The notes below the pieces were generated by a model, which had not been told where the DNA came from, searched no databases, and saw nothing but the letters and a program-made list of their open reading frames with translations. 16,683 nt of DNA from a bacterium (GTDB lineage Bacteria; SM23-31; JAUVVT01). The stretch lies in contig JAUWXV010000058.1 in NCBI GenBank assembly GCA_030616165.1, positions 1-16,683 of the forward strand. Reading direction: 5' to 3'. Made by a program: the position numbers and the translations under genes. Within the stretch, counting starts at the first letter, position 1. Each line of letters starts with the position of its first letter. Shown piece after piece: positions 1 to 7,691 of this stretch.

Positions 1-135
1 TGTCTTGTTTCCTCTCCTTGAATAATTGAACTAAATAAAACCGAAAACAAGGAAAAATTCATAAACGTAAATTAAACCTAATGTTATGTAAAATAATTCA
101 TAATAAATTAAACTTAATATTAAGTATTTAGATTT

Positions 136-152
136 TTGCAACTTTTATGCCA
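136..152 (-). promoter_or_regulatory. second sigma54 -24/-12 promoter, reading toward the window start
   Basis: Minus strand reads TGGCAT-AAAAG-TTGCA with identical GG/GC spacing. An AAGGAGAGG RBS at 11-19 on the minus strand suggests the driven gene starts just beyond position 1. Confidence 0.65.
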
Positions 153-262
153 CTAAATATCTCCTTTTACTTTAATCCCTAAATAATTAGCATAATTTAA
201 ATATTATCAATATAATATATAAATTTAAAGTTATATCAATACTATTTTATTCACAATATCAC

Positions 263-277
263 AGGAAAGTTTTTCCT
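263..277. promoter_or_regulatory. candidate enhancer (UAS) palindrome AGGAAA-GTT-TTTCCT, about 117 bp upstream of the second sigma54 promoter
   Basis: Same GGAAA-N3-TTTCC architecture as the site at 7651-7665, at the same distance from a sigma54 promoter. Confidence 0.5.
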
Positions 278-286
278 ATCAAAATT

Positions 287-841
287 TTAATACATCACTG
301 CTCCAGATAGTCTTTGAGTTATTTCAATTGCTCTATCAATCGACATCTGCCCAAGAATTCTTGCTACTCTTCTATCGTCCATTAGTAAAAAAATCTCCAC
401 AATTGTCTGGTCATCAAGTTGAGAAATAATTGGTGCTGCTTCTTCGGGTCTCATTCCCTCACACACTTTAGCAAGTTTCTGAATACGCTCTTTTTCATAA
501 CCTTCTCTTTGCCCGGTTAACATTTCTAACTCCCGCTTAACCGCTTCCAAACTGTCTTTTTCATTATTAATCCGCTGCTGCTCTTCAGTTAGTTTTAGTT
601 TCTCCTGCCCAAGGTCAAGTTCTCTTTTCTCATAATCTCTTGCTCTTAACTGTTCAGCAGTTGGTATCCCGGTTATTAAAGATGAATCTACTATAGCAGC
701 CTCTTTTCGAAATATATTTACAATCCTTTCCTGTAAAGGAAGTTCCTTATCTCTAAATTTATATACCAAACCATATATAACTCCCAACATTATTATAAAT
801 GAGAATGCTGACATTACTAAAAATTTTAACAATATTTTCAT
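287..841 (-). CDS. FlbB/YlxF-like flagellar protein (N-terminal TM helix, coiled coil, C-terminal MgtE_N-like helical domain)
   Basis: N-terminal hydrophobic helix (KFLVMSAFSFIIMLGVIYGLVY), a Glu/Lys-rich coiled-coil middle, and a C-terminal PEEAAPIISQLDDQTIVEIFLLMDDRRVARILGQM segment resembling MgtE N-terminal-like domains. It sits immediately after fliJ, the position occupied by ylxF/flbB in Bacillus- and spirochete-type flagellar operons. Confidence 0.55.
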   Translation of the reverse strand: MKILLKFLVMSAFSFIIMLGVIYGLVYKFRDKELPLQERIVNIFRKEAAIVDSSLITGIPTAEQLRARDYEKRELDLGQEKLKLTEEQQRINNEKDSLEAVKRELEMLTGQREGYEKERIQKLAKVCEGMRPEEAAPIISQLDDQTIVEIFLLMDDRRVARILGQMSIDRAIEITQRLSGAVMY

Positions 842-865
842 CTTTAATTAATTTTAAATTATTCT

Positions 866-1327
866 TCAAATATTCAATCTCGTAATTAATTCCTCCTGAA
901 GAAAATACTTTGATAAAGAAATTTCATCGCCTTGAATCTGCTGATCTTTATCAAAATCATGTAAGTATTCCTCCCTTGTTTTTTGTTTAAGGTTTTCTAT
1001 GGCTTGCCTCTCTTTATAAGCCCATTCCAGTTTCTTTTTATTATTCTCAACTTCTTTCTCACACTCTGATATCCTATTAATCTGTCTTTGAATTTCAAAT
1101 ATTAACAGAGTCAAATAACTGCTGTAAAATCTCATCTCAAATATGGACAACCTCTTTCTCCCTCTTATTTCATTCTGATAGGTCTGTAATTTATCTCTAT
1201 GATTGTCAAGAACTAACTGTTCTGATTCCAAGACATTTAATGCATTTGCAAGTTCCCTTTCTCTTATTTGCTGAATCACCTCTTTAATATCAAGAACCCT
1301 CTGCAATCTGAATCTATATCTTTTCAT
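866..1327 (-). CDS. fliJ: flagellar export chaperone FliJ
   Basis: 153 aa, entirely coiled-coil, N-terminus MKRYRFRLQRVLDIKE typical of FliJ. Directly downstream of fliI in the operon. Confidence 0.75.
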   Translation of the reverse strand: MKRYRFRLQRVLDIKEVIQQIRERELANALNVLESEQLVLDNHRDKLQTYQNEIRGRKRLSIFEMRFYSSYLTLLIFEIQRQINRISECEKEVENNKKKLEWAYKERQAIENLKQKTREEYLHDFDKDQQIQGDEISLSKYFLQEELITRLNI

Positions 1328-1338
1328 TGGTCTATTAA

Positions 1339-2721
1339 TTAATTCACGGAAACATCTTTAACTAATTCAATTAATTTTTTTATTGATTCCTCAAATTCGC
1401 ATTTCTCGTAAATATCCTGCCTCAAGAATTGATTTACAGAATCAATAAGGCTGATTGCCTCATCAATTTTTGGATTACTCCCTTTAGAATACGCGCCGAT
1501 ATTAATCAAATCTTCAGATTCCCGGTATGTAGCAAGTAAATTTTTTAATTTATTAACAGCAATTCTTTGCTCATCACTGACCACATCAATCATTAACCTG
1601 GAAACACTTTCCATAACATCAACCGCAGGATAATGATTCCCATTCGCCAGCCTTCTTGATAATACTATGTGACCATCAAGGATAGACCTTGTAATATCAG
1701 AAACGGGCTCGCTAAGGTCATCTCCTTCTACCAACACTGTGTATATTCCTGTTATGCTTCCCTTTTCCGTCGCCCCGGCTCTTTCTAATAGTCTCGGCAA
1801 AAAAGCATACATTGATGGGGGATATCCTCTCGTAGTGGGAGGCTCCCCAATAGAAAGGCCAATCTCTCTTTGAGCAACAGCAATCCGACTTGCAGAATCC
1901 ATCAAAAGCATAACATCCATCCCTTTATCCCTGAAATACTCTGCAATAGCAGTTGCTGTCATTGCCCCCTTTATTCTTAAAAGAGCAGGCTTATCATTGG
2001 TTTCCACCACTACAACTGAATTCTTTAGCCCCTCTTCGCCAAGGTCTTTTTCAATAAAATCCCTGACCTCCCTTCCTCTTTCTCCAACCAAGCCGACTAC
2101 CGTCAAATCTGCTTTTGTATTTCTGGCTATCATTCCCATTAATACTGATTTCCCTATACCAGAACCCGAAAATATTCCCACTTTCTGACCTTTTCCAAGG
2201 GTAACAAAACTGTCAATAGAACGAATTCCGGTAATTATTGGTTCATTAATTCTCTTCCTATCCATCGCTCTGGGAGGTGAATTATCTATTGGATATTTAA
2301 CCTTTTCCCTTATCGCTCCTTTATTATCGATAGGTCTTGCCAGTCCGTCTACTACTCTTCCAATTATATCTTCACTGATTTCAATATAAAAAGGTTCTCC
2401 TGTTGTAAAAACCTCCGAGCCTGGTGCAATCCCCTTTAATTCACTCAAAGGCATAAGAAGAACCATATTATCTCTAAACCCTACTACCTCTGCAATCCCT
2501 TCTGATTTGCCTTCCCTGCTTCTAATAATACATTTTTCACCAATTCTGCTGTGAGGACCAATTGACTCGTAAACCAGCCCTATTACCTTAGTTATTCTAC
2601 CCTTTCTTTTAACAAAACTGTGTTCTTCTATTAAATTGTGATATTTTTTAAAAATCTTATCTGATATCTGAGATTCAAACTCCAAGTTTCTTATCCTCCA
2701 GCAGAACTCTTTCCAATTCAT
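1339..2721 (-). CDS. fliI: flagellum-specific ATPase FliI
   Basis: Walker A GSGIGKS, Walker B region VMLLMDS and an F1/T3SS-ATPase-like fold. The annotated ATG overlaps fliH by 47 nt. An in-frame TTG (Leu13) 9 nt downstream of a GGAGG may be the real start, which would cut the overlap to about 11 nt. Confidence 0.93.
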   Translation of the reverse strand: MNWKEFCWRIRNLEFESQISDKIFKKYHNLIEEHSFVKRKGRITKVIGLVYESIGPHSRIGEKCIIRSREGKSEGIAEVVGFRDNMVLLMPLSELKGIAPGSEVFTTGEPFYIEISEDIIGRVVDGLARPIDNKGAIREKVKYPIDNSPPRAMDRKRINEPIITGIRSIDSFVTLGKGQKVGIFSGSGIGKSVLMGMIARNTKADLTVVGLVGERGREVRDFIEKDLGEEGLKNSVVVVETNDKPALLRIKGAMTATAIAEYFRDKGMDVMLLMDSASRIAVAQREIGLSIGEPPTTRGYPPSMYAFLPRLLERAGATEKGSITGIYTVLVEGDDLSEPVSDITRSILDGHIVLSRRLANGNHYPAVDVMESVSRLMIDVVSDEQRIAVNKLKNLLATYRESEDLINIGAYSKGSNPKIDEAISLIDSVNQFLRQDIYEKCEFEESIKKLIELVKDVSVN

Positions 2722-3463
2722 TAAGTTTTGTTTCTAACCGTGCATCAACTTCTCCAGAATTCGTCTCCAATAAGCATCCGCCTCTTGTTATCTTATCATC
2801 TGATTCTATCTTAAAATTTTTCACATCCTTTAACGTATTTATCAGTTCCTTTTCATACTCCTTAATAACATTATAATCCTCTGGATTCAACTTAAGAACT
2901 AAATCAGTCTCATCCGAAATAAACTCAAGAGATTCTTTAATCATAGCCAATATAACTTTATCATCTTTTTCTATCTCCTTTTTAATAATCTTTCTAACTA
3001 TAAGATAACAAAGAGTTATAACTTCTTTTTCTGCTTCATGAATTACTAATTCTTTTTCATCCAAAATCTTTTTTGAAATACTAAGAAAATCATCTATCAA
3101 TGGTCTTATTTCGTCTTTACCCTCCTTAATACCTCCTTCTTTCCCGTCATTAAAACCTTGAGTATATGTCTCTTTCTTTTCTTGTTCGAATTGAGCAGTT
3201 AGTTTGCTTTTCTGTTCTTCAAGCGCAATCTTAACTTTTTCACTGACTTCTTCCTTCAGGCGCTTTTCAAATTCTTCTCTCTTTCGATTTTCTTCCTCTT
3301 CCTGCCTTCTTCTTTCCTCCTCTTCAGGTCCAATTACCTCATCAACAACAAAACCTTCAACAAATCTTATTTTTCTTATTGGCTTCGTAGATTTAATAAT
3401 ATTATGCAACAATTTCCTCTTCTCCTCCCCTTCCGGAGATAACGATTTCGCCTTCTTCTTCAA
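2675..3463 (-). CDS. fliH: flagellar assembly protein FliH
   Basis: Glu/Lys/Arg-rich N-terminal half and a FliH-like C-terminal region, located between fliG and fliI. The annotated start overlaps the fliG 3' end by 62 nt. In-frame TTG codons around 3407-3412 next to the fliG stop could be the true start. Confidence 0.75.
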   Translation of the reverse strand: MKKKAKSLSPEGEEKRKLLHNIIKSTKPIRKIRFVEGFVVDEVIGPEEEERRRQEEEENRKREEFEKRLKEEVSEKVKIALEEQKSKLTAQFEQEKKETYTQGFNDGKEGGIKEGKDEIRPLIDDFLSISKKILDEKELVIHEAEKEVITLCYLIVRKIIKKEIEKDDKVILAMIKESLEFISDETDLVLKLNPEDYNVIKEYEKELINTLKDVKNFKIESDDKITRGGCLLETNSGEVDARLETKLNELERVLLEDKKLGV

Positions 3464-4418
3464 GGCTTCTGATTACTTCAACGATTTTCATCTGCGAGTC
3501 TTCAACATCCTTCAACCTCACAGGACCCATAAATTCAAGTTCTTCTTTAATTAATCCAGACGCTCTTTCTGACATATTTCTGAATATTGCGTCCTTCACT
3601 TCATCTGTTGCAACCTTCAGCGCAAGAGAAAGTTCTTTTGAATCTACCTCACGGAGAACCCGCTGAATAGAGCGGTCATCAAGAAGGACAAGGTCTTCGA
3701 ATACAAACATAAGGTTCTTTATCTCGGTTGCCAGTTCCGGATTCCTCTTTTCAAGATCTCCAAGTATAGTCTTTTCTGTGGACCTTCCCGCAAGGTTTAA
3801 TATCTGTGCAACAGCCTTAGCACCACCTGCTGCGCTGAGGTCTTGTCCAAATACTGTTTCTACTTGGGATTCAAGAATCCCTTCAATATCTGAAAGAAGA
3901 TCAGGGGATATCTTCCCCATTGTTGCTATTCGATATGCCACTTCTCCTTGAATTTCAGGTGGTAAATCTGCAACTATCTGAGCAGTTTGTTCTGGTTCAA
4001 GATTTGCAAGTATCAATGAAATAGTCTGCGGATGTTCATGTTGAATAAAATTCAATAATTGATTCGGATCAACCTCTTTCAGTAGTTTAAATCCGCTGAC
4101 ATGAATGGCAGACTCAACTTTTGATACAATTTCATGAGCTCTCCTTGGTCCAAGTGCTTTTTCAAGAAGGGCTTTTGCATATTCTATACCACCCTGAGAT
4201 ATATACTCCTGCGCCATTATCATTTGATAGAACTCTTCCACGACTGCCTCCATAACCGTAGAAGGTACATCTCGCATATTCGCTATTTCAATTGACAATT
4301 TTTCTATATCTTTATCCTTGAGATTTTTGAAAATCTGGGATGCCGATTCTACACCTATAGAAATTATAAGTATCGCCGCTTTCTGCCTCCCAGTTAGCTC
4401 TTCAAACGAAATTTCCAT
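3402..4418 (-). CDS. fliG: flagellar motor switch protein FliG
   Basis: 338 aa. Characteristic FliG middle and C-terminal domain sequence (MFVFEDLVLLDDRSIQRVLREVDSKELSLALK). Operon position after fliF. Confidence 0.93.
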   Translation of the reverse strand: MEISFEELTGRQKAAILIISIGVESASQIFKNLKDKDIEKLSIEIANMRDVPSTVMEAVVEEFYQMIMAQEYISQGGIEYAKALLEKALGPRRAHEIVSKVESAIHVSGFKLLKEVDPNQLLNFIQHEHPQTISLILANLEPEQTAQIVADLPPEIQGEVAYRIATMGKISPDLLSDIEGILESQVETVFGQDLSAAGGAKAVAQILNLAGRSTEKTILGDLEKRNPELATEIKNLMFVFEDLVLLDDRSIQRVLREVDSKELSLALKVATDEVKDAIFRNMSERASGLIKEELEFMGPVRLKDVEDSQMKIVEVIRSLEEEGEIVISGRGGEEEIVA

Positions 4419-4421
4419 TTT

Positions 4422-5897
4422 CTAAGTTCTCTCCTCTATTAACCATGTTTTAAGTAAGGAAGCCACATTTTCAGGTTTATCTCTTGAAAATTTTGACACC
4501 TGGTCGAGCATTTGCGTTCTTCTCTGCGCCTCAGCAGATATCTCTTCTTCTATGGCTTCCGCCTCGATATCAATAGCTGGTCGAGGTTTTGGTCTTGGTA
4601 ATAATAAATCAAGACTTTTAAAAATTGACCTCAATACTACTAAAAATATTATCCCGGCAAAAGACAAAATAGAATATCTAATTACTTTCCCTATAAACTC
4701 CTTTCTTTGTTCTGCTCTTATTCTCGCCTCTTCTGCCTCTCTCGCTGTTGTATCAAACGGAAATTCAACAATTTGAACCTGGTCTCCGCGGCCCTCATCG
4801 TATCCTATGGCAGCCATAATAGAATTTTGTAAATCATTCAACTCCTGCTGAGACCTCCCGGTATCTACCGTAACGGAAACTGAAATCTTTTCAATCTTAC
4901 CATATTTATCGTTAATTTCTTCAATGATTTTATCAATCTCATAATTTGTAATTGAACTCTCTCCTCTGGATGGAGTACCCAGGGTATCGGTAACCATTCC
5001 TGCTGATTCACTTCTATCCTCACTCCTTACTATTTGAGTTCCGGGTTCATATCTCTCACTTACCGTTGAAATTTGCTTGAAATCCATTTCTATAGTAACC
5101 CTTACAACCGATTTGCCAGGTCCTAATACTCTATTAAGCATTGACTCTATCTCTCTCCTAAATCCACTTTCAATTTCATTCTGGATTTCAATTTGATTTG
5201 CAGTCATTAAATAAACTTCGTCACGGTTAAGTTCTTTGGAAAGGTCATTCCCATATGAATCAATTATACTGACATTGCCAACTTTAAGCCCTTCCACACT
5301 CATTGCAATAGTCTTGGCAATGCTGTAAACATTTTCACGTGTCAATTCTGTCCCCGGACGAAGCGTTAAAACCGTAGAAGCAGTCGTCTCTTTCTGGTCT
5401 TCTATGAATAATGCCTCCTCTGGAAGAACTATATTAACTTTTGCTCTTTCAACATTTTCGATAATACGAATAGTTCTCGCAAGCTCTTCCTGCAGAGCCC
5501 TTCGATAATTGACCTTCTGAATAAAATCTGTTATTCCAAGATTTGGTCTGTCAAAAATCTCGTATCCCACTCCTGCTTGAGAGATTATTCCTTCTGCATT
5601 AGCCTCGATTCTTAATCCGGTCTCTTCCCCCTCAGGAACTAAAATCGCCGTCCCCTCTGTCTCAAGTTTATAAGGAATACCCTTTTCCTCAAGTTTTTCT
5701 ATCAGTGCCTGTGCATCTTTAGGGTCAAGATTCGAAAAAAGAACAACATAATCTTTCTGGCTCGCCCAAATCATCAACAACATTATTACTACTATACTTA
5801 TAATAGAAACAAGAAAGATTACAAATTTTTGAGTAGGATTTAACTTTTTTAATACACTCTGAATCTGTTTAAAAAATTGTCGGAAAAATTCTACCAT
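4422..5897 (-). CDS. fliF: flagellar MS-ring protein FliF
   Basis: 491 aa with an N-terminal TM helix (FVIFLVSIISIVVIMLLMIWA), a periplasmic region, a second TM helix near the C-terminus (ILSFAGIIFLVVL) and a charged C-terminal tail. Sits between fliE and fliG. Confidence 0.9.
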   Translation of the reverse strand: MVEFFRQFFKQIQSVLKKLNPTQKFVIFLVSIISIVVIMLLMIWASQKDYVVLFSNLDPKDAQALIEKLEEKGIPYKLETEGTAILVPEGEETGLRIEANAEGIISQAGVGYEIFDRPNLGITDFIQKVNYRRALQEELARTIRIIENVERAKVNIVLPEEALFIEDQKETTASTVLTLRPGTELTRENVYSIAKTIAMSVEGLKVGNVSIIDSYGNDLSKELNRDEVYLMTANQIEIQNEIESGFRREIESMLNRVLGPGKSVVRVTIEMDFKQISTVSERYEPGTQIVRSEDRSESAGMVTDTLGTPSRGESSITNYEIDKIIEEINDKYGKIEKISVSVTVDTGRSQQELNDLQNSIMAAIGYDEGRGDQVQIVEFPFDTTAREAEEARIRAEQRKEFIGKVIRYSILSFAGIIFLVVLRSIFKSLDLLLPRPKPRPAIDIEAEAIEEEISAEAQRRTQMLDQVSKFSRDKPENVASLLKTWLIEERT

Positions 5898-5965
5898 AAT
5901 AATAAAATTTTTTTAATTAAATGATTATATTTTTTAGTTAAGCCGTTAATGGAATCCCGAAGATA

Positions 5966-6262
5966 TTAGACCTGCATCCTCATAATTTCTCGATAAGCAT
6001 CTATCATTTTGTTACGTATTTCCATCATTAATTCAAAGCTTGTCCCTGCTTTCTCAACAGCAATCATAACATCATGAATATCTTTAATTTCCCCTGTTAA
6101 AAGTTTTTCTACAGATTCTCCAGCGAACTTCTGAGCCTCATCTACATCGTTTATAAACTTCTTTAAAGTCTGTTCAAAATTTACCTCTTTCTTAATAGAT
6201 TCCTGCTCTTTGGGAAGTTGAATCGGAGTAATCTGTTTATTTATTTGAGGAATTTTGTTCAT
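5966..6262 (-). CDS. fliE: flagellar hook-basal body protein FliE
   Basis: 98 aa with the conserved C-terminal FliE motif (VMIAVEKAGTSFELMMEIRNKMIDAYREIMRMQV). Confidence 0.85.
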   Translation of the reverse strand: MNKIPQINKQITPIQLPKEQESIKKEVNFEQTLKKFINDVDEAQKFAGESVEKLLTGEIKDIHDVMIAVEKAGTSFELMMEIRNKMIDAYREIMRMQV

Positions 6263-6301
6263 CTATTAAAACTCCTTTTTACATTAATCAAAATTTCCTA
6301 A

Positions 6302-6799
6302 TTATATTTCTAATGCTTGCTGCATCATACTTTTTGCAGCACCAATAGCAGTTACATTCGCTTCATATGCCCTCGTAGCTACCATCATATTAACCATTTC
6401 GGTAATCATATTAATATTAGGATAAGCAGCAAATCCATTTTCATCAGCATCGGGATGGTCAGGCTCATAAACAAGACGTGGTGGCTTATCATCTTCAAGA
6501 ATACCATCAATTTTTACTCCCTGGGCATATTCTTCTCTTACCTCTCGAAATGCTTTATTATCAATATGCCATTTATTTGTCCTTTTTAACTTTATAAATT
6601 CTTCTTTAAGGATAGTTAAAAATTGTGCTCTTTTAGCCGGACTCAAAATCACCTGCTGCCTCTTATATGGACCCCCTTTTTCAGTTCGAGTAGATTCAGC
6701 ATTTGCGATGTTACTTGCAATTATATTAAGTTTTGTGCGCTGAGCTGTTAGACCTGTTGCACTTATATCTATTGATGAGAATAATCCTTGTATTGACAT
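6302..6799 (-). CDS. flgC: flagellar basal-body rod protein FlgC
   Basis: N-terminal rod motif (ISATGLTAQRTKLNIIASNIANAESTRT) and C-terminal rod motif (ATRAYEANVTAIGAAKSMMQQALEI). Confidence 0.9.
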   Translation of the reverse strand: MSIQGLFSSIDISATGLTAQRTKLNIIASNIANAESTRTEKGGPYKRQQVILSPAKRAQFLTILKEEFIKLKRTNKWHIDNKAFREVREEYAQGVKIDGILEDDKPPRLVYEPDHPDADENGFAAYPNINMITEMVNMMVATRAYEANVTAIGAAKSMMQQALEI

Positions 6800-7039
6800 T
6801 TACTGATAAACCTGAATTTATTGCCTAAATTTCTTCTTTTGATTTAAATATTACTAAAATTTTGTAAATTTTTATTTTTCAATAAAAAACGATTATATTT
6901 AATCCTCTTACTAAATTATCGGAAATTTACTAAAATTTCGTTAAATATTATACACTTATTAATATATTTTATCCTCAAAAACTCTCACAATACGATTACA
7001 ACATAATTTAAATAACTATAACCCTTAAGAATTTTTATC

Positions 7040-7474
7040 TTATCTAACCCCTTCTCCCCTTATAGCCGACTTTAATCTGCTAAATATATTCCCAATCAAA
7101 ATAGAAGCACCTTGATATCTAATTTGATTCTTCGCAAGTTCTGCCATCTCTTTATCTATGTCCACATTATTCATTCCGCTTGGAAGAGTCGGGTCTTTCG
7201 GAATAATATATTTCGGCTTTACTTTCTCTATTTCCCTTTTGCCAATGGGCATATGCTTTTCATGCGTAACGTAGCCTCTAATCCCTTCTTTCTTAAAAGC
7301 CGCTTTTAAATCTTCTTCAAATGTTACTTCCGACCTTCTAAATCCCGGTGTATCCACATTTGCAATATTATCCGCAATAGATTTCTGCCTCATTGAATAT
7401 GCTCTTAATCCCTTATGTAAAAGTGGTATATTAGTCTTTCGAAAAATGAAATTCGGAATATCTACCAGTTTCAT
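7040..7474 (-). CDS. flgB: flagellar basal-body rod protein FlgB
   Basis: FlgB signature LRQKSIADNIANVDTPGFRR and a C-terminal rod-protein heptad region. First gene after the sigma54 promoter. Confidence 0.88.
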   Translation of the reverse strand: MKLVDIPNFIFRKTNIPLLHKGLRAYSMRQKSIADNIANVDTPGFRRSEVTFEEDLKAAFKKEGIRGYVTHEKHMPIGKREIEKVKPKYIIPKDPTLPSGMNNVDIDKEMAELAKNQIRYQGASILIGNIFSRLKSAIRGEGVR

Positions 7475-7528
7475 AATATAGTCGATACTATTCTGCTATA
7501 TGTAATTGAGGAAATTTATATAATTTTT

Positions 7529-7545
7529 TTGCAATTAATATGCCA
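7529..7545 (-). promoter_or_regulatory. sigma54 (RpoN) -24/-12 promoter for the flgB operon
   Basis: Minus strand reads TGGCAT-ATTAA-TTGCA. GG and GC are exactly 12 nt apart, a perfect match to TGGCAC-N5-TTGCW. It lies about 55 bp upstream of the flgB ATG and right next to the sigma54-dependent regulator gene. Confidence 0.7.
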
Positions 7546-7650
7546 TAATACAAAAATCTCTTAAATTAATAAGAAATTAACATAACTTATATATTTTCAA
7601 TGTAATAAATTTTAATTAAATCCCTCTTTAATATAAAAATCTATAATATA

Positions 7651-7665
7651 TGGAAAAAGTTTCCA
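7651..7665. promoter_or_regulatory. candidate enhancer (UAS) palindrome TGGAAA-AAG-TTTCCA, about 113 bp upstream of the flgB sigma54 promoter
   Basis: 15-bp palindrome with 6-bp arms. A second TTTCCACAA half-site sits 22 bp away at 7682-7690. The position (-100 to -150) is typical for NtrC-family activator binding sites. Confidence 0.5.
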
Positions 7666-7691
7666 CAAAATCGGGATATTATTTCCACAAC

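Noticed and set aside
1997-2188. Plus-strand ORFs nested inside minus-strand genes: 1997-2188, 3204-3554, 4552-4776, 6317-6589, 7112-7309, 8145-8456, 8821-9027, 9238-9426, 11188-11439, 12186-12455, 13534-13740, 15203-16255
   Set aside because: They are fully antisense to well-supported flagellar, two-component or enzyme genes. They are low-complexity (Ser/Phe/Leu/Ile-rich) translations of the opposite strand of AT-rich or codon-biased DNA. They have no RBS and match no recognisable protein family.
6916-6923. sigma28 (FliA)-like -10 element TCCGATAA on the minus strand in the flgB-flgC gap
   Set aside because: No acceptable TAAA -35 element at 15 +/- 1 nt spacing. Rod genes are not normally class III, and AT-rich DNA produces many partial matches. 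It is mentioned only within the gap finding.
7660-7690. TTTCCACAA repeats resembling DnaA boxes (TTATCCACA)
   Set aside because: They match the box in 8 of 9 positions but sit next to a flagellar sigma54 promoter with no dnaA/dnaN context. They are better explained as half-sites of the GGAAA-N3-TTTCC activator-binding palindrome.
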